This document shows, one piece after another, positions 18,198-30,884 of a DNA stretch of 64,000 nucleotides. Within the stretch, counting starts at the first letter, position 1, and every line of letters begins with the position of its first letter. The position numbers and the translations under genes were made by a program. Below the pieces are notes generated by a model. That model was not told where the DNA came from, made no database searches, and worked only from the letters and a program-made list of their open reading frames with translations. Source of the stretch: an uncultured Pseudomonadota bacterium (GTDB lineage: Bacteria; Pseudomonadota; Alphaproteobacteria; RF32; CAG-239); NCBI GenBank assembly GCA_902788365.1, contig CADAJN010000003.1:58656-122655 (forward strand). The letters run 5' to 3'.

Positions 18198-21100
18198 TTA
18201 TGCTTCCGGCTCATCACCAGCGGCAGCCAAAGCCTTCTGCTCTTGCGCTTGTTGCTTCATCTCCATGATTTCTTTATCATTTTGAGCAGCCACACGACGC
18301 AAAGCACGCAAAACGTTACCTGTTCCGGCCGGAATCAGACGACCAACAATCACGTTTTCTTTAAGACCGCGCAAATCGTCAACTTTACCTTCAACCGCCG
18401 CTTCAGTCAACACGCGAGTTGTTTCTTGGAACGATGCGGCTGAAATGAACGACTTGGTCTGCAAGCTGGCCTTTGTAATACCCAGCAGAACCGGATCGGC
18501 TGTTGCAGTTTGTCCGCCTTCTTTGAACGTTTTTTCGTTTTCAGCTTCAAAGACATCGCGGTCAACCTGTTCGCCCACCAAGAATGTCGTATCGCCGGCC
18601 GAAGTAATTTCAACCTTTTTCAGCATTTGCGAAACCACAACTTCAATGTGCTTATCGTTGATGTTCACACCTTGCAGGCGATACACGGCTTGCACTTCTT
18701 GCACTAAGTATTCGGCCAATTTTTCCACGCCTAACACGCGCAAAATATCATGCGGTGCCGGTGTGCCGTCAACCAGCAAATCACCCTTTTTAACTTGGTC
18801 GCCGTCTTGAACCACCAAGCGACGTCCCTTCGGAATAAGGTATTCCACCGGATTGCCTTCGGCCGGAATAACCGTAATACGTTGTTTTGCCTTATAGTCT
18901 TTGCCGAATTCCACCATACCGTCAATATCGGCAATAATTGCCGGATCTTTCGGACGACGGGCTTCAAACAGCTCGGCCACACGCGGCAAACCACCGGTAA
19001 TATCTTTTGTTTTGGTGCTTTCCACCGGAATACGAGCAATAATATCACCGACTTTGATTTCATCACCGTTATCAACGTTCAACACTGCGTCCGGAGACAG
19101 ATAATAACGAACTTCCTTATCCGTGCCGTCATAGGTGACCGGCTTACCTTTAGCGTCTTTCAGCGTAATGCTCGGCTTCAAGCTGGCATTTGCCGTCGGA
19201 CCGGATTGCCAGTCAATCACCGTCTTTGAGCTGATACCGGTTGTTTCATCAATTGATTCTTTAACCGAAACGTTTTGAATGAGATCAATCAGTTGAGCCT
19301 TACCGGCTTTTTCCGAAATCACCGGATTCATGAACGGGTCCCACTCGGCAATCTTCTGTCCTTTGGTCACTTCCGCGCCTTCGTTAACCAAAACTTTGGC
19401 GCCATACGGCACATGGTGACGCGACTTTTCACGCCCTTGGTTGTCGGCAATCACAATATCGCAGTTACGCGATAAAATAATCAAATGACCATCCGAATTG
19501 GTAACTGTATGACCGTTCTCTAACTTCAAAATACCGGCAAACGGCACTTCAATGTTTGATTGTTCGGCCGATTTAGAAGCCGCACCACCGATGTGGAAGG
19601 TTCTAAGTGTTAACTGTGTGCCCGGTTCACCAATGGATTGAGCCGCAATCACGCCCACAGCTTCACCGATGCTGACCGGTGTTCCTCTGGCCAAGTCACG
19701 ACCGTAACAAGCGGCGCAAACACCGTGTTCGCTTTCGCAAGTCAATACCGAACGAATTTTAACCTGTTCAACACCGGCTTTTTCAACCACTGCCACATCG
19801 TCTTCGTCAATCAATTTACCTTTATGAACAAGAACTTCGCCGGTTTCCGGATTCAAAATATCTTCTTGTGCCGTGCGGCCTAAAATACGCTCGCCGATAG
19901 AGGCAATAACGTTACCGCCGTCAACTACCGGACGCACGATAATACCACGTTCAGTGCCACAATCGGTTTCGTTAATCACCACATCTTGTCCCACGTCAAC
20001 CAAACGACGTGTTAAGTAACCGGCGTTTGCCGTTTTCAAAGCCGTATCGGCCAAACCTTTACGCGCACCGTGGGTTGAGTTAAAGTATTCCGACACTGTC
20101 AAACCTTCTTTAAAGTTTGAAATAATCGGTTGCTCAATAATTTCGCCCGACGGCTTAGCCATCAAGCCGCGCATACCGGCCAACTGACGCATTTGTGCCG
20201 CACTACCGCGGGCGCCCGAGTCAGCCATCATAAATACCGAGTTATAAACACCGTGATCCGGCTTAGAAATGTTTTTCATCATCTCATCGGCAACTTTATC
20301 GGTGCAAGATGCCCAAATATCAACCACTTTGTTGTATTTTTCGCCCTTGGTAATCAAACCATTTTGATATTGCTGTTCAAATTCCTTCACTTGCGCTGAA
20401 GTTTCATCAATCAACTTTTGTTTTGCAGCCGGCACAATCAAATCATCTTTACCAAACGAAATGCCCGACAAACATGCATATTTATAACCGAGGCTCATAA
20501 TGCGATCGGCCATGATACAAGTTTCTTTACCGCCGCAAACACGATAAACTTCATCAATAATTTGCGAAATTTGCTTTTTCTTCACCAAACGGTTCACAAG
20601 TGCAAACGGCACGCCTTCGTGCTTCGGCAAAACTTCGGAAACAATCAAACGACCCGGTGTGGTGTCCACAATGCCTTTGGTCCATTTGCCGTCTTCACCC
20701 ACATATTCCATACGGCATTTAATGCGTGCATGCAAATCAACCGCTTTGGCGTTCAAAGCCAGCATACATTCTTCCGGATTGGCATAAATACTGCCCTCAC
20801 CGGTCATGTCTTCCGCATCATAGGTTAAGTAATAAATACCGAGCACCATATCTTGCGACGGCACAATAATCGGCTTACCCGAAGCCGGCGATAACACGTT
20901 GTTTGATGACATCATCAAAATACGTGCTTCCAATTGTGCTTCAATAGAAAGCGGCACGTGAACAGCCATTTGGTCACCGTCAAAGTCGGCGTTGAAAGCC
21001 GTGCAGGCCAACGGGTGCAAGTGAATGGCTTTACCTTCTACCAACACCGGCTCATAGGCTTGAATACCCAAGCGGTGCAACGTCGGAGCACGGTTCAAAA

Positions 21101-22373
21101 GCACCGGATGTTCTCTGATGACTTCTTCCAAAATATCCCAAACTTCCGGACGCTCTTTTTCCACCATGCGCTTGGCTTGTTTAATGGTTGTTGCCATACC
21201 ATACATTTCCAGTTTGGCATAAACAAATGGCTTAAACAATTCCAGCGCCATTTTCTTCGGCAAACCGCATTGTTGCATTTTCAGTTCCGGACCAACCGTA
21301 ATCACCGAACGGCCGGAATAGTCCACACGTTTACCAAGTAAGTTTTGACGGAAACGACCTTGCTTACCTTTTAACATATCGGCCAAAGACTTAAGCGGGC
21401 GCTTATTCGTGCCTGTAATAGCTCTGCCGCGACGACCGTTATCAAACAATGCATCAACCGATTCTTGCAACATACGTTTTTCGTTGCGGATAATGATATC
21501 CGGCGCATGCAATTCCAACAGTCTCTTTAAACGGTTGTTACGGTTAATCACACGACGATATAAATCGTTCAAATCAGATGTGGCAAAACGACCACCGTCT
21601 AACGGTACTAACGGACGCAAATCAGGCGGAATAACCGGTAAAACCGTCAAAATCATCCATTCCGGCTTAGCCTGAGATGAAATAAACGCTTCTACCAATT
21701 TCAAACGTTTCACTAACTTTTTGCGCTTAGCTTCCGAAGTTGTTTCTTTAAGTTCGGCACGCATTGTCTTAGCTTCTGCTTCCAAATCAATGCCGGCCAA
21801 AATTTCGCGTAAAGCCTCAGCTCCGATGCCGGCTCTGAATGAATCTTCGCCGTATTTATCAATGGCATCTTGATATTCGTCTTCGCTCAAAAGCTGATTG
21901 ATTTGCAAATCGGTCAAACCCGGTTCAATCACAATATAGCTTTCAAAATACAGCACGCGTTCCAAAGCCTTTTCCTGAATATCGGTCAGCGTTGCAATAC
22001 GTGACGGCAATGATTTCAAAAACCAAATATGTGCCACCGGTGCAGCCAATTCAATGTGCCCCATGCGTTCACGACGCACTTTGGAAAGTGTTACTTCCAC
22101 ACCGCACTTTTCGCAGACAATACCGCGATATTTCATACGTTTATATTTACCGCACAAGCATTCATAGTCTTTAATCGGGCCAAAAATACGTGCACAGAAC
22201 AAACCGTCTTTTTCCGGCTTAAACGTGCGATAGTTAATGGTTTCAGGCTTTTTCACTTCACCATACGACCACGAACGAATTTGTTCAGGAGACGCAATGG
22301 AAATTTTGAGTGCATCAAAATTATCCGCAGCGACTTGTTGCTGATCAAACATATTCATTATTTCATTATTCAT
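18198..22373 (-). CDS. rpoC: DNA-directed RNA polymerase subunit beta'
   Basis: 1391 aa. [12 protein letters not shown] catalytic motif and zinc-finger cysteines. Unambiguous. Confidence 0.97.
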   Translation of the reverse strand: MNNEIMNMFDQQQVAADNFDALKISIASPEQIRSWSYGEVKKPETINYRTFKPEKDGLFCARIFGPIKDYECLCGKYKRMKYRGIVCEKCGVEVTLSKVRRERMGHIELAAPVAHIWFLKSLPSRIATLTDIQEKALERVLYFESYIVIEPGLTDLQINQLLSEDEYQDAIDKYGEDSFRAGIGAEALREILAGIDLEAEAKTMRAELKETTSEAKRKKLVKRLKLVEAFISSQAKPEWMILTVLPVIPPDLRPLVPLDGGRFATSDLNDLYRRVINRNNRLKRLLELHAPDIIIRNEKRMLQESVDALFDNGRRGRAITGTNKRPLKSLADMLKGKQGRFRQNLLGKRVDYSGRSVITVGPELKMQQCGLPKKMALELFKPFVYAKLEMYGMATTIKQAKRMVEKERPEVWDILEEVIREHPVLLNRAPTLHRLGIQAYEPVLVEGKAIHLHPLACTAFNADFDGDQMAVHVPLSIEAQLEARILMMSSNNVLSPASGKPIIVPSQDMVLGIYYLTYDAEDMTGEGSIYANPEECMLALNAKAVDLHARIKCRMEYVGEDGKWTKGIVDTTPGRLIVSEVLPKHEGVPFALVNRLVKKKQISQIIDEVYRVCGGKETCIMADRIMSLGYKYACLSGISFGKDDLIVPAAKQKLIDETSAQVKEFEQQYQNGLITKGEKYNKVVDIWASCTDKVADEMMKNISKPDHGVYNSVFMMADSGARGSAAQMRQLAGMRGLMAKPSGEIIEQPIISNFKEGLTVSEYFNSTHGARKGLADTALKTANAGYLTRRLVDVGQDVVINETDCGTERGIIVRPVVDGGNVIASIGERILGRTAQEDILNPETGEVLVHKGKLIDEDDVAVVEKAGVEQVKIRSVLTCESEHGVCAACYGRDLARGTPVSIGEAVGVIAAQSIGEPGTQLTLRTFHIGGAASKSAEQSNIEVPFAGILKLENGHTVTNSDGHLIILSRNCDIVIADNQGREKSRHHVPYGAKVLVNEGAEVTKGQKIAEWDPFMNPVISEKAGKAQLIDLIQNVSVKESIDETTGISSKTVIDWQSGPTANASLKPSITLKDAKGKPVTYDGTDKEVRYYLSPDAVLNVDNGDEIKVGDIIARIPVESTKTKDITGGLPRVAELFEARRPKDPAIIADIDGMVEFGKDYKAKQRITVIPAEGNPVEYLIPKGRRLVVQDGDQVKKGDLLVDGTPAPHDILRVLGVEKLAEYLVQEVQAVYRLQGVNINDKHIEVVVSQMLKKVEITSAGDTTFLVGEQVDRDVFEAENEKTFKEGGQTATADPVLLGITKASLQTKSFISAASFQETTRVLTEAAVEGKVDDLRGLKENVIVGRLIPAGTGNVLRALRRVAAQNDKEIMEMKQQAQEQKALAAAGDEPEA

Positions 22374-22391
22374 TCTCTATCACTCCTAAAC

Positions 22392-25300
22392 TTATTCTTC
22401 GCCCAACATTTCAACGTTCAAGCACAAAGACTTAATTTCTTTAACCAAAACGTTGAATGATTCCGGAATACCGGTATCAAAGCTGTCTTCACCGCGAACA
22501 ATCGCTTCATAAACCTTGGTTCTGCCGGCGACGTCATCGGACTTAATCGTCAACATTTCTTGCAATGTATAAGCCGCGCCGTAAGCTTGCAATGCCCACA
22601 CTTCCATTTCACCGAAGCGTTGACCGCCGAATTGTGCCTTACCGCCTAACGGTTGTTGTGTTACCAAACCGTAAGGACCAACCGAACGAGCGTGCATCTT
22701 TTCATCAACAATGTGGTGCAGCTTGATCATATACATCACGCCCACTGTCACTTTGCGGTCAAACTTCTCTCCGGTTCTGCCGTCATACAAATCAATCTGA
22801 CCCGATGTCGGTAAACCTGCCAACGAGAGCATATTGTTAATATCATCACCCGAAGCACCATCAAATACCGGCGTTGCCATCGGCACACCGTTTTTCAGGT
22901 TAGAAATCATTTCCATCTTTTCATCTTCGTTCAATGTTTCTACCTGATTTTTGTATTGTTTGGCACCGTAAATTTCTTTCAGGCGCTTATTGAGTTCGGC
23001 TGCAGTTTTTTCACCGCGTTTATATTGCTCGCACATTTCATTGAGTTGTGCACCCAATTCTTTAGCGGCCCAACCGAGGTGTGTTTCCAAAATTTGTCCC
23101 ACGTTCATACGAGAAGGCACACCGAGCGGGTTTAACACCACATCAACCGGCGTTCCGTCTTCCATATATGGCATATCGGCCAACGGTAACACGCGTGAAA
23201 CCGTACCCTTGTTACCATGACGACCGGCCATCTTATCGCCGGTTTGCATTTTACGTTTGGTTGCAATAAATACCTTCACCAATTTCAAAACACCCGGCAA
23301 TAAATCATCGCCGCGTTGAACCTTTTCAACTTTGTCAGCATAGTGCTTTTGAATGTTTTCCATACGTGCATCAAATGCGGCATTAAGTTCTTCAATTTGC
23401 GACATCACATCGTCTTTTTTAACCACGATTTTACGCCATTGTGATGACGGCACACCGGCCAAAGCCTCAGCCGTAATTTTGCTGTTCTTCGCAATGCCTT
23501 TCGGCGCATCAACCACGGTCTGACCAATCAACATATTCTGCAAACGAGCTTCATAGCTGCCGCGAATAATGGCAATTTCATCATCACGGTCTTTTGCCAA
23601 AGTTGAGATTTCTTCTTGTTCAATGGCTAATGCACGCTCATCTTTTTCTACACCGCGACGAGAGAAAATACGCACATCAACCACAATACCGTCAATACCC
23701 GGCTGAGCGCGTAACGATGTATCACGCACATCGCTGGCTTTCTCGCCGAAAATGGCACGCAGCAATTTTTCTTCCGGTGTCACCGGTGATTCGCCTTTCG
23801 GCGTCACCTTACCAACCAGAATGTCGCCCGCTTTCACATGGGCACCCACATAAACAATACCGGCTTCATCCAAGTTGCGCAAAGCATCTTCACCAACGTT
23901 CGGAATATCGCGCGTAATTTCTTCTTGACCAAGCTTGGTATCGCGCGCCATCACTTCAAATTCTTCAATATGCAATGATGTCAACACATCTTCACGCGAA
24001 ATACGTTCCGAAAGCAAAATAGCATCTTCGTAGTTCAAACCGTTCCACGGCATAAATGCCACGAGTAAGTTTTTACCCAAAGCCAATTCGCCCAAGTTTG
24101 TGCACGGACCGTCGGCAATAATATCGCCCTTTTTAATATGGTCCCCCACTTTAACGAGCGGCACTTGGTTAATGCACGTATTTTGGTTAGAACGGCGGAA
24201 TTTAGAAAGTTTGTAAATTTCAACACCAACATCATGCGCCGTGCTGTCATCCGAACGAATAACGATTCGGTTAGCATCAACCGCGTTCACCACACCATCA
24301 TACTTAGCCACCAATGTTGCGCCGGAATCTTTAGCCACCGTTGCTTCAATACCGGTACCGACCAGCGGAGCTTCAGAACGCAACAACGGCACACCTTGGC
24401 GTTGCATGTTTGACCCCATCAACGCGCGGTTTGCGTCATCGTTTTCCAAAAACGGAATCAAAGCAGCCGCCACCGAAACCAACTGTTTCGGCGAAACGTC
24501 AATGTAGTTAATGTCTTCAGGTTTGTCAAATTCCACTTCGCCACCACGACGGCAGGTAATCAAATCATTTTCAAAATGACCTTTTTCATCAACCTTGGCG
24601 TTTGCTTCGGCAATAACCACTTTACCTTCGTCATCAGCCGTCAAATATTTTACTTCATCGGTTACAACACCATTAACAACCTTACGATACGGGCATTCAA
24701 TAAAGCCATATTTATTTACGCGCGCATACGTAGAAAGTGAGTTAATCAAACCAATGTTCGGACCTTCCGGCGATTCAATCGGGCAGATACGACCATAGTG
24801 CGTCGGGTGCACGTCGCGCACCTCAAAGCCGGCTCTGTCACGGCTCAAACCACCCGGACCTAATGCCGACAAACGACGCTTGTGCGTAATTTCTGACAAC
24901 GGGTTGTTCTGGTCCATAAATTGTGACAACTGTGAAGAACCGAAGAACTCACGAATAACCGAAGCAATCGGTTTAGCGTTTACCAAATCTTGTGGCTTCA
25001 CATTGTTCAAAATTTCGGCACTCATTTTTTCTCTGATGGCGCGTTCCATTCTGAGCAAGCCCATACGATATTGGTTTTCCATCAATTCGCCGACCGAACG
25101 CACACGACGGTTGCCAAGGTGGTCAATATCGTCCACCATACCTTTACCGTCACGAATGTTAATCAATTTCTTGATAATTCTTAAGATATCGTCTTTGCGT
25201 AAAACGCGCATGGTATCCGGCGCCTCTTCAAATGATATGTCTAAAGACGCATTCATCTTCACACGACCGACAGCCGATAAATCGTAGCGTTCCGAATCAA

Positions 25301-26555
25301 AGAACAATTGCTTAAACAAAGCATCAGCCGCTTCTAACGTAGCCGGTTCGCCCGGTCTCATTACACGATAAATATCAAACAGTGCTTCTTGGCGATTGCT
25401 GTTTTTGTCGGCAGCCAAAGTGTTGCGCATATACGGACCGACATTCAAGCCGTCAATATATAACGTTTCAACGGTTTTAATTTTATTTTCGGCCAATTTA
25501 TCAAGCAACTCTTCATTGATTTCGTCACCGGCTTCGGCAATCACTTCTCCTGTTTTGGCAATAACAATATTTTTCGCCAAGAATTTGCCATACATTTGGT
25601 CTTTGGATACCACAAAATATTCCAAACCCTCATCAGCCAGTTTTTGCGCGCTTCTCGGTGTTAATTTTTTGCCGGCATCCCAAACCGTTTCGCCGGTTTT
25701 GGCATTAACCAAAGCAAAGTCAAACTTTACGCCGCGCATACGGCTCGGTTCAAACTTCATCTTCCAAGCTTTTTTGTCTGCCAAATAAATTTCGGTATCA
25801 TAGAAGTAATTAAGAATTTCTTCTTTGCTCATACCTTCAATTTCTTCCGGCGGTAAATCCGGATTTTTTGCCAATTTTTCTTCTGTTTCTTTAGAAGGCA
25901 ACGAATATAAAATAGATGTTACCGGCAATTTGCGACGACGGTCAATGCGCGCATACAACAAATCTTTGGCATCAAATTCAAAATCAAGCCACGAACCGCG
26001 ATACGGAATAACGCGTGCCGAAAACAGCTTTTTACCCGAAGAAACGGTTTTGCCGCCATCGCTGTCATAAAATACGCCCGGCGAACGATGCATTTGCGAA
26101 ACCACCACGCGCTCCGTGCCGTTGAAAATAAATGTGCCTTTTTCCGTCATAAGCGGAATGTCACCCATATATACATCTTGTTCTTTAATGTCATGAATAG
26201 ATTTGGCTCCGGTCGTTTCATCGGTATCAAAAACCACCAAACGCAAAGTCGCACGAATAGGCGCGGCATAGGTCATATCGCGTCTGATGCACTCTTCTTC
26301 ATCATATTTCGGGGTTTCCAACACATATTTTACAAATTCCAGCTCACCGTTATCCGAAAAGTCTTTAATCGGAAAAATGGAGCGGAAAACTTCTTCCAAA
26401 CCAAATTCACAATGCTCACCATAAGCATCTATGTTATTGATAAATCCGGAATAAGAACCTGTTTGAATATCAATTAAATTCGGCATATCCATCACGGCCT
26501 CGATTCGGCCGAAATTTTTCCTTACACGTTTTTTGCTCGTATAAGTCTCTTTCAT
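22392..26555 (-). CDS. rpoB: DNA-directed RNA polymerase subunit beta
   Basis: About 1387 aa with canonical RpoB motifs. Start placed at [15 protein letters not shown], which has an AAGGA RBS. Confidence 0.97.
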   Translation of the reverse strand: MKETYTSKKRVRKNFGRIEAVMDMPNLIDIQTGSYSGFINNIDAYGEHCEFGLEEVFRSIFPIKDFSDNGELEFVKYVLETPKYDEEECIRRDMTYAAPIRATLRLVVFDTDETTGAKSIHDIKEQDVYMGDIPLMTEKGTFIFNGTERVVVSQMHRSPGVFYDSDGGKTVSSGKKLFSARVIPYRGSWLDFEFDAKDLLYARIDRRRKLPVTSILYSLPSKETEEKLAKNPDLPPEEIEGMSKEEILNYFYDTEIYLADKKAWKMKFEPSRMRGVKFDFALVNAKTGETVWDAGKKLTPRSAQKLADEGLEYFVVSKDQMYGKFLAKNIVIAKTGEVIAEAGDEINEELLDKLAENKIKTVETLYIDGLNVGPYMRNTLAADKNSNRQEALFDIYRVMRPGEPATLEAADALFKQLFFDSERYDLSAVGRVKMNASLDISFEEAPDTMRVLRKDDILRIIKKLINIRDGKGMVDDIDHLGNRRVRSVGELMENQYRMGLLRMERAIREKMSAEILNNVKPQDLVNAKPIASVIREFFGSSQLSQFMDQNNPLSEITHKRRLSALGPGGLSRDRAGFEVRDVHPTHYGRICPIESPEGPNIGLINSLSTYARVNKYGFIECPYRKVVNGVVTDEVKYLTADDEGKVVIAEANAKVDEKGHFENDLITCRRGGEVEFDKPEDINYIDVSPKQLVSVAAALIPFLENDDANRALMGSNMQRQGVPLLRSEAPLVGTGIEATVAKDSGATLVAKYDGVVNAVDANRIVIRSDDSTAHDVGVEIYKLSKFRRSNQNTCINQVPLVKVGDHIKKGDIIADGPCTNLGELALGKNLLVAFMPWNGLNYEDAILLSERISREDVLTSLHIEEFEVMARDTKLGQEEITRDIPNVGEDALRNLDEAGIVYVGAHVKAGDILVGKVTPKGESPVTPEEKLLRAIFGEKASDVRDTSLRAQPGIDGIVVDVRIFSRRGVEKDERALAIEQEEISTLAKDRDDEIAIIRGSYEARLQNMLIGQTVVDAPKGIAKNSKITAEALAGVPSSQWRKIVVKKDDVMSQIEELNAAFDARMENIQKHYADKVEKVQRGDDLLPGVLKLVKVFIATKRKMQTGDKMAGRHGNKGTVSRVLPLADMPYMEDGTPVDVVLNPLGVPSRMNVGQILETHLGWAAKELGAQLNEMCEQYKRGEKTAAELNKRLKEIYGAKQYKNQVETLNEDEKMEMISNLKNGVPMATPVFDGASGDDINNMLSLAGLPTSGQIDLYDGRTGEKFDRKVTVGVMYMIKLHHIVDEKMHARSVGPYGLVTQQPLGGKAQFGGQRFGEMEVWALQAYGAAYTLQEMLTIKSDDVAGRTKVYEAIVRGEDSFDTGIPESFNVLVKEIKSLCLNVEMLGEE

Positions 26556-26810
26556 TGATTTTTTCCTTCTAAAACATTGATTCTGCGACAATTCTTATGA
26601 AATAAACTCAATCCCGTCAACAGAAGGTTAAACAACACTTTTTTTGTTATATGAATCGGCCACACCATCGGTAATTACGCCATCTCAGCCAGATTCGTGA
26701 AATAATTTTTTATTGTGGAATTTTATACCCACTTTAAACTGCGCGGAGTATAATTCTTTTTTGCTTGTTTTGCAACTGTTTTTTAAGTTATATGAATTTA
26801 GGTTTTATTT

Positions 26811-27150
26811 AAAAAAACTCGGATAGCGTGCGTTATGACGACGTGCAGATAGAAATTCGGCCGAGATACCACGGTCAGAGCCGTGGTATGACAATCAATT
26901 ATAAAAACTCGGATAGCGTGTGTTATGACACAGTGAATTTTAAGCGACGTGTACAAAAGAGGTACACGAGCGAAAAATTTACAAGTCAGAACCAGCTAAA
27001 CGAGTTTTACACGAGTTTAGAAACTCGGATGATGAGCTTAATACGCCGTTGTTTTAGAGCCTTCGGCGCTGCTTACGCAGTGGACGACGTGTAGAAAACT
27101 GCTACACGAGGAGAAAAACAACAAGTAGTAAGCCATTAGACGAGTTTCTT
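26811..27150. repeat. Cluster B of palindromic extragenic elements (3 units, one partial) between the ettA stop and the rpoB start
   Basis: Same termini and central hairpin family (GTGTACAAAAGAGGTACAC / GTGTAGAAAACTGCTACAC). The right terminus contains the ettA stop codon. Confidence 0.8.
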
Positions 27151-28812
27151 ATACCGGATGCGGTGCGGATTACACGCATCCTCTCCCAAACGGGCTTTTT
27201 TGTCTTTTTCATAGTCCTCAAAATTGCCCTCAAACCACTCCACATGCCCGTCATCTTCATAGGCCAAAATATGGGTTGCCAAACGGTCTAAAAACCAGCG
27301 GTCGTGTGAGGTCACCAAAACACAGCCTGGATAGTTGTTAATGCCTTCTTCCAAAGAACGCAGCGTATCAACATCCAAATCATTGGTCGGTTCGTCCAAA
27401 AGAATAACATTAGCGCCCTTTCTGAGCATTTTTGCCAAATGCACGCGATTACGCTCACCACCCGAAAGCTGCCCGACTTTCTTTTGCTGATCGGCACCTT
27501 TAAAATTGAACTGACCGACATAAGCGCGCGACGAAACTTCATTTTTACCGAGTTGAATCATATCCATGCCGTCGGAAATTTCCTCCCACACATTTTTATC
27601 CGGATTCAATTCATCACGCGACTGATCTACATAGCCTAAATCTACCGTCTCGCCGATTCGGATAGTGCCGGAATCCGGCTTTTCCTGACCGGTAATCATG
27701 CGAAATAATGTGGTTTTACCGGCGCCGTTCGGACCGATAATACCGACAATGGCACCTTTTGGAATTTTGAACGACAAATCATCAATAAGCACGCGATCAC
27801 CGAATGCTTTGCTGATGTGTTCGGCTTCAATAACCAAATCACCCAAACGCTCGGTCATCGGAATATTGATATGTGCGGTTGAAATTTTTTCACGCGTTGC
27901 TTGCGACAACAACTCATCATACGCGTTAATACGTGCCTTAGATTTTGCCTGACGCGCTTTCGGATTCTTTCTGATCCACTCCAACTCATTGGCAAGCGTG
28001 CGCTGACGGGCGTTTTCTTCACGCGCTTCTTGTTCCAAGCGCTTAGATTTCTGCTCTAACCATGATGTGTAATTGCCCTCATACGGAATCCCCTGCCCGC
28101 GGTCAAGCTCCAAAATCCAGCCGGTTACATTATCCAAGAAATAGCGGTCGTGCGTAACCATTACCACCGTGCCCTTATAATCGCGCAAGTGGTGTTCCAG
28201 CCACGCCACCGATTCGGCATCTAAGTGGTTGGTCGGCTCATCTAAAAGCAACATGTCCGGTTGTTGTAATAACAAACGACACAATGCCACGCGGCGTTTT
28301 TCTCCGCCGGAAAGTTTGGTTACATCAGCATCGGCCGGCGGACAACGCAAAGCATCAAGCGCAATTTGAATTGTGCGTTCCAAATCCCAACCGTTACAAG
28401 CGTCAATTTTTTCCTGCAATTCAGCTTGCTCGGCAATCAAATCATTCATTTCATCGTCGCTCATCGGCTCGGCAAATTTGGCTGAAACTTCCTCAAAACG
28501 CTGCAAAAGAGCCTGCGTTTCGCTCAAACCGGACATCACATTTTCCATCACGTTTTTGGAAGGATCCAGCTTTGGTTCCTGTTCCAGATAGCCGACTTTT
28601 ACTCCTTCGGCCGCCCAGGCCTCGCCGTTAAATTCCTTGTCAACCCCGGCCATAATTTTCAAAAGCGTTGATTTTCCGGCACCATTCACACCCAAAACGC
28701 CGATTTTTGCTCCCGGTAAAAATGACAATGTGATATCCTTAAAAAGCTCGCGCCCACCCGGCAAAACTTTAGTCAAGTTCTGCATCACAAAAACATATTG
28801 ATAAGCTGGCAT
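27136..28812 (-). CDS. ettA: ABC-F ATPase EttA (energy-dependent translational throttle)
   Basis: 558 aa. Two ABC domains with Walker A motifs GVNGAGKST and GPNGAGKTT. EttA-like N-terminus. Confidence 0.9.
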   Translation of the reverse strand: MPAYQYVFVMQNLTKVLPGGRELFKDITLSFLPGAKIGVLGVNGAGKSTLLKIMAGVDKEFNGEAWAAEGVKVGYLEQEPKLDPSKNVMENVMSGLSETQALLQRFEEVSAKFAEPMSDDEMNDLIAEQAELQEKIDACNGWDLERTIQIALDALRCPPADADVTKLSGGEKRRVALCRLLLQQPDMLLLDEPTNHLDAESVAWLEHHLRDYKGTVVMVTHDRYFLDNVTGWILELDRGQGIPYEGNYTSWLEQKSKRLEQEAREENARQRTLANELEWIRKNPKARQAKSKARINAYDELLSQATREKISTAHINIPMTERLGDLVIEAEHISKAFGDRVLIDDLSFKIPKGAIVGIIGPNGAGKTTLFRMITGQEKPDSGTIRIGETVDLGYVDQSRDELNPDKNVWEEISDGMDMIQLGKNEVSSRAYVGQFNFKGADQQKKVGQLSGGERNRVHLAKMLRKGANVILLDEPTNDLDVDTLRSLEEGINNYPGCVLVTSHDRWFLDRLATHILAYEDDGHVEWFEGNFEDYEKDKKARLGEDACNPHRIRYKKLV

Positions 28813-28827
28813 AAAATTGTAACTCCT

Positions 28828-29382
28828 TTATTCAAACTGATTGGCATATTTACTGTAATTCGCATCTTTCAGCGGAATCTTTTTAGCATTTTTACTGTTT
28901 TTTTCCGCTTCTGCAAGAGATTTTTTATATGCCGCATCAGCTTTGGCAAATGCATACGGATCTTTTTGGTATAATTTTTTAACATCGTAAGGCTTACGTG
29001 GTGTAATAACGGTGCCGTCATAAAGCTTTATGCGCCCGTCGGAATATAAAGTGCTGCTAAAAATTTTTTGACTGCCGAAAGATTGATTGATTTCGGCACA
29101 ACTGGCAAATTTTTCGTCTTCTAAGGCCATAAAGGCATCTACTTTGCCGCGATTATAGGCTTGCAAGCCCTCATTTTGCATATCGGCATTTTTAGCTTTA
29201 CCGATTAAAATAGCCCGCGCCAACATTTCAAAATCATCATATTTGCCGGCCCGACAAGCCAATCCTTGGCCGGCAACCGTGCCCAAACTGTAGATTTCTT
29301 CATAATACGAAACAACACGTGCGGCCTGCGCTGAAGAAAACCACGCCGTTAAAACCCAAACAACACTCAAAAACTTTTTCAT
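28828..29382 (-). CDS. Secreted hypothetical protein
   Basis: Signal peptide MKKFLSVVWVLTAWFSSAQA. 16 bp upstream of ettA on the same strand. Confidence 0.5.
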   Translation of the reverse strand: MKKFLSVVWVLTAWFSSAQAARVVSYYEEIYSLGTVAGQGLACRAGKYDDFEMLARAILIGKAKNADMQNEGLQAYNRGKVDAFMALEDEKFASCAEINQSFGSQKIFSSTLYSDGRIKLYDGTVITPRKPYDVKKLYQKDPYAFAKADAAYKKSLAEAEKNSKNAKKIPLKDANYSKYANQFE

Positions 29383-29466
29383 TTATTTTTCTCCCATAGA
29401 TACTCTCAGCTATACGCCATAAAAATAAAATATCTCTTAATTTTTGCGCCGATATTAAAAAAAGAG

Positions 29467-29495
29467 GTTGACAAATGCTTTGAAATAGCTTATTT
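29467..29495 (+). promoter_or_regulatory. Candidate sigma70 promoter for rpmJ
   Basis: TTGACA-17 bp-TATTTT, about 35 bp upstream of the rpmJ RBS. Confidence 0.4.
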
Positions 29496-29527
29496 TGCGC
29501 TCAACATTAAAGTAAAAGGATAAGAAA

Positions 29528-29653
29528 ATGAAGTGCTATAGTTCGTTAAAATCTAAAAAAATTCGCGACTTGAACTGCAAAATCGTGCGTCGTAAAGGTC
29601 GTGTGTATGTGATTAACAAAAAGAATCCGAAGCTCAAAGCGCGTCAGGGTTAA
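29528..29653 (+). CDS. rpmJ: 50S ribosomal protein L36
   Basis: Translates to [41 protein letters not shown] (41 aa). AGGA RBS. Missed by the ORF track (under 60 aa). Confidence 0.85.
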   Translation: MKCYSSLKSKKIRDLNCKIVRRKGRVYVINKKNPKLKARQG

Positions 29654-29667
29654 TTTTTTGAGTCAGT

Positions 29668-29700
29668 TTTTTTTGAACCTGCCATCCGGCAGGTTTTTTT
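29668..29700 (+). terminator. Rho-independent terminator after rpmJ
   Basis: CCTGCC-atcc-GGCAGG followed by T9. Confidence 0.65.
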
Positions 29701-29787
29701 TATGCCCTTTTATAAAAGACAAATAAAAAAGCTCTTGGGGTTTCTAATCAGAAACAACCAAGAGCATTTTGCAAAACTTGCGACCAC

Positions 29788-30066
29788 TTATTTCTTTGCT
29801 GGGATAAGCAAGAAAATCTCATCCTTCAAGTTCTTTAGAAGTGCTTTCTTATGCGGTTGCCGGGCACAGAGCGTGGATACTGTGCTTTCAAGCTGTGCCT
29901 TGAAAGAGCTCTTCTTACCGCACTCGCGTGCCAGATACATTTTCTTGCTGGGCACATTGGTGCTCTTTGAATCAAGTAATTCAGTCAGTACGCCTGAAAT
30001 ACCATTACGCGAAAGTTCCTCACGAAAATCAACGCAAAAAGCGTGGTCTAACTTAAGATCACTCAT
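29788..30066 (-). CDS. Hypothetical small protein (strand uncertain; overlapping +strand ORF 29702..30097)
   Basis: The minus-strand frame has more protein-like composition. No motif. Confidence 0.3.
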   Translation of the reverse strand: MSDLKLDHAFCVDFREELSRNGISGVLTELLDSKSTNVPSKKMYLARECGKKSSFKAQLESTVSTLCARQPHKKALLKNLKDEIFLLIPAKK

Positions 30067-30219
30067 AATTGTAAAAAAGATTAATTGTAAATATTAATTA
30101 TAAAAAAACTTCGTTTAATATAACTGTTTTTACCACACATTGCAAGTAAAAAATGACAAAAAAGCAAAAATATTCGTTGACAAGCGCGGTTTTTTGTGCC
30201 ATTTAACATAAAAGTCAAG

Positions 30220-30296
30220 GCGCTCTTAGCTCAGCAGGATAGAGCAACAGCCTTCTAAGCTGTGGGTCGGGCGTTCGAATCGCCCAGAGCGCGCCA
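30220..30296 (+). tRNA. tRNA-Arg (anticodon TCT)
   Basis: GCGCTCTTAGCTCAGCAGGATAGAGCAACAGCCTTCTAAGCTGTGGGTCGGGCGTTCGAATCGCCCAGAGCGCGCCA. Clean cloverleaf. Confidence 0.9.
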
Positions 30297-30336
30297 ATAT
30301 AAAAAAGCCACCCTTATGGTGGTTTTTTTATATTAA
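30281..30336 (+). repeat. tRNA-Arg 3' end plus terminator hairpin; direct repeat copy 1 (att-like)
   Basis: CGCCCAGAGCGCGCCAATATAAAAAAGCCACCCTTATGGTGGTTTTTTTATA; copy 2 at 30466-30521. Confidence 0.7.
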
Positions 30337-30465
30337 CGTAATCAGGCGGCAAAGAACGACCGACAGGCGTTCGGAGCTCAAAGAACGACCGACAGGCGTT
30401 CGGAGCTGAGGTGATGCCGCGCTCTTGTGCGGCTATCGCCGTAAGCCGTTGCGTAGCAACACTTC

Positions 30466-30521
30466 GCCCAGAGCGCGCCAATATAAAAAAACCACCCTTA
30501 TGGTGGTTTTTTTATACCCTT
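30466..30521 (+). repeat. Direct repeat copy 2 of the tRNA-Arg 3' end (17 nt) plus terminator
   Basis: Near-identical to 30281-30336. The intervening 170 bp holds a tandem 29-bp repeat (CAAAGAACGACCGACAGGCGTTCGGAGCT, 2 copies). Confidence 0.7.
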
Positions 30522-30557
30522 TATTTGCACCGGCAAGTGCTTTATCCGCACCACGCA

Positions 30558-30884
30558 TTACAAATGCAACACCTCTAAAGTTTTTTGCAAATTCTCATGA
30601 TTTGGCAAAAACGCATTCTGTGTTGCAAATTGCGCCGACATTTCGTATAAATAAAGTAAGTTAAACAAGCGCACGGAAGGCGTCAAGCCGATTTTTTTGT
30701 CGCGATTTTGATCAATCAGTTCCAACAGATTTTTACGCTTAATCTTTTCCAAATAGCAAATATTATCCAAAACAGTCCATTCAGCCTTAGCCAATCGCAT
30801 GGTCGTCTTACGATCGTAAATAGAAATTACCCTACTCGTTAGTATCGTCATATTGCCTCCATTTTTGATTGTATTTTTATACAT
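30558..30884 (-). CDS. Possible ribbon-helix-helix (CopG/Arc-like) small DNA-binding protein
   Basis: Beta-strand plus helix pattern KTTMRLAKAEWTVLDNICYLEKIKRKNLLELI. Tentative. Confidence 0.35.
   Translation of the reverse strand: MYKNTIKNGGNMTILTSRVISIYDRKTTMRLAKAEWTVLDNICYLEKIKRKNLLELIDQNRDKKIGLTPSVRLFNLLYLYEMSAQFATQNAFLPNHENLQKTLEVLHL

Noticed and set aside
18407-26477. Numerous 60-170-aa ORFs on the plus strand and in alternative minus-strand frames inside rpoC and rpoB
   Set aside because: They are antisense or out-of-frame shadows of two unambiguous very long genes, and have no RBS context.
29702-30097. Plus-strand ORF 29702..30097 (131 aa)
   Set aside because: It overlaps the rpmJ terminator region and the opposite-strand ORF. 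Its composition looks non-coding, so the minus-strand ORF was kept at low confidence instead.
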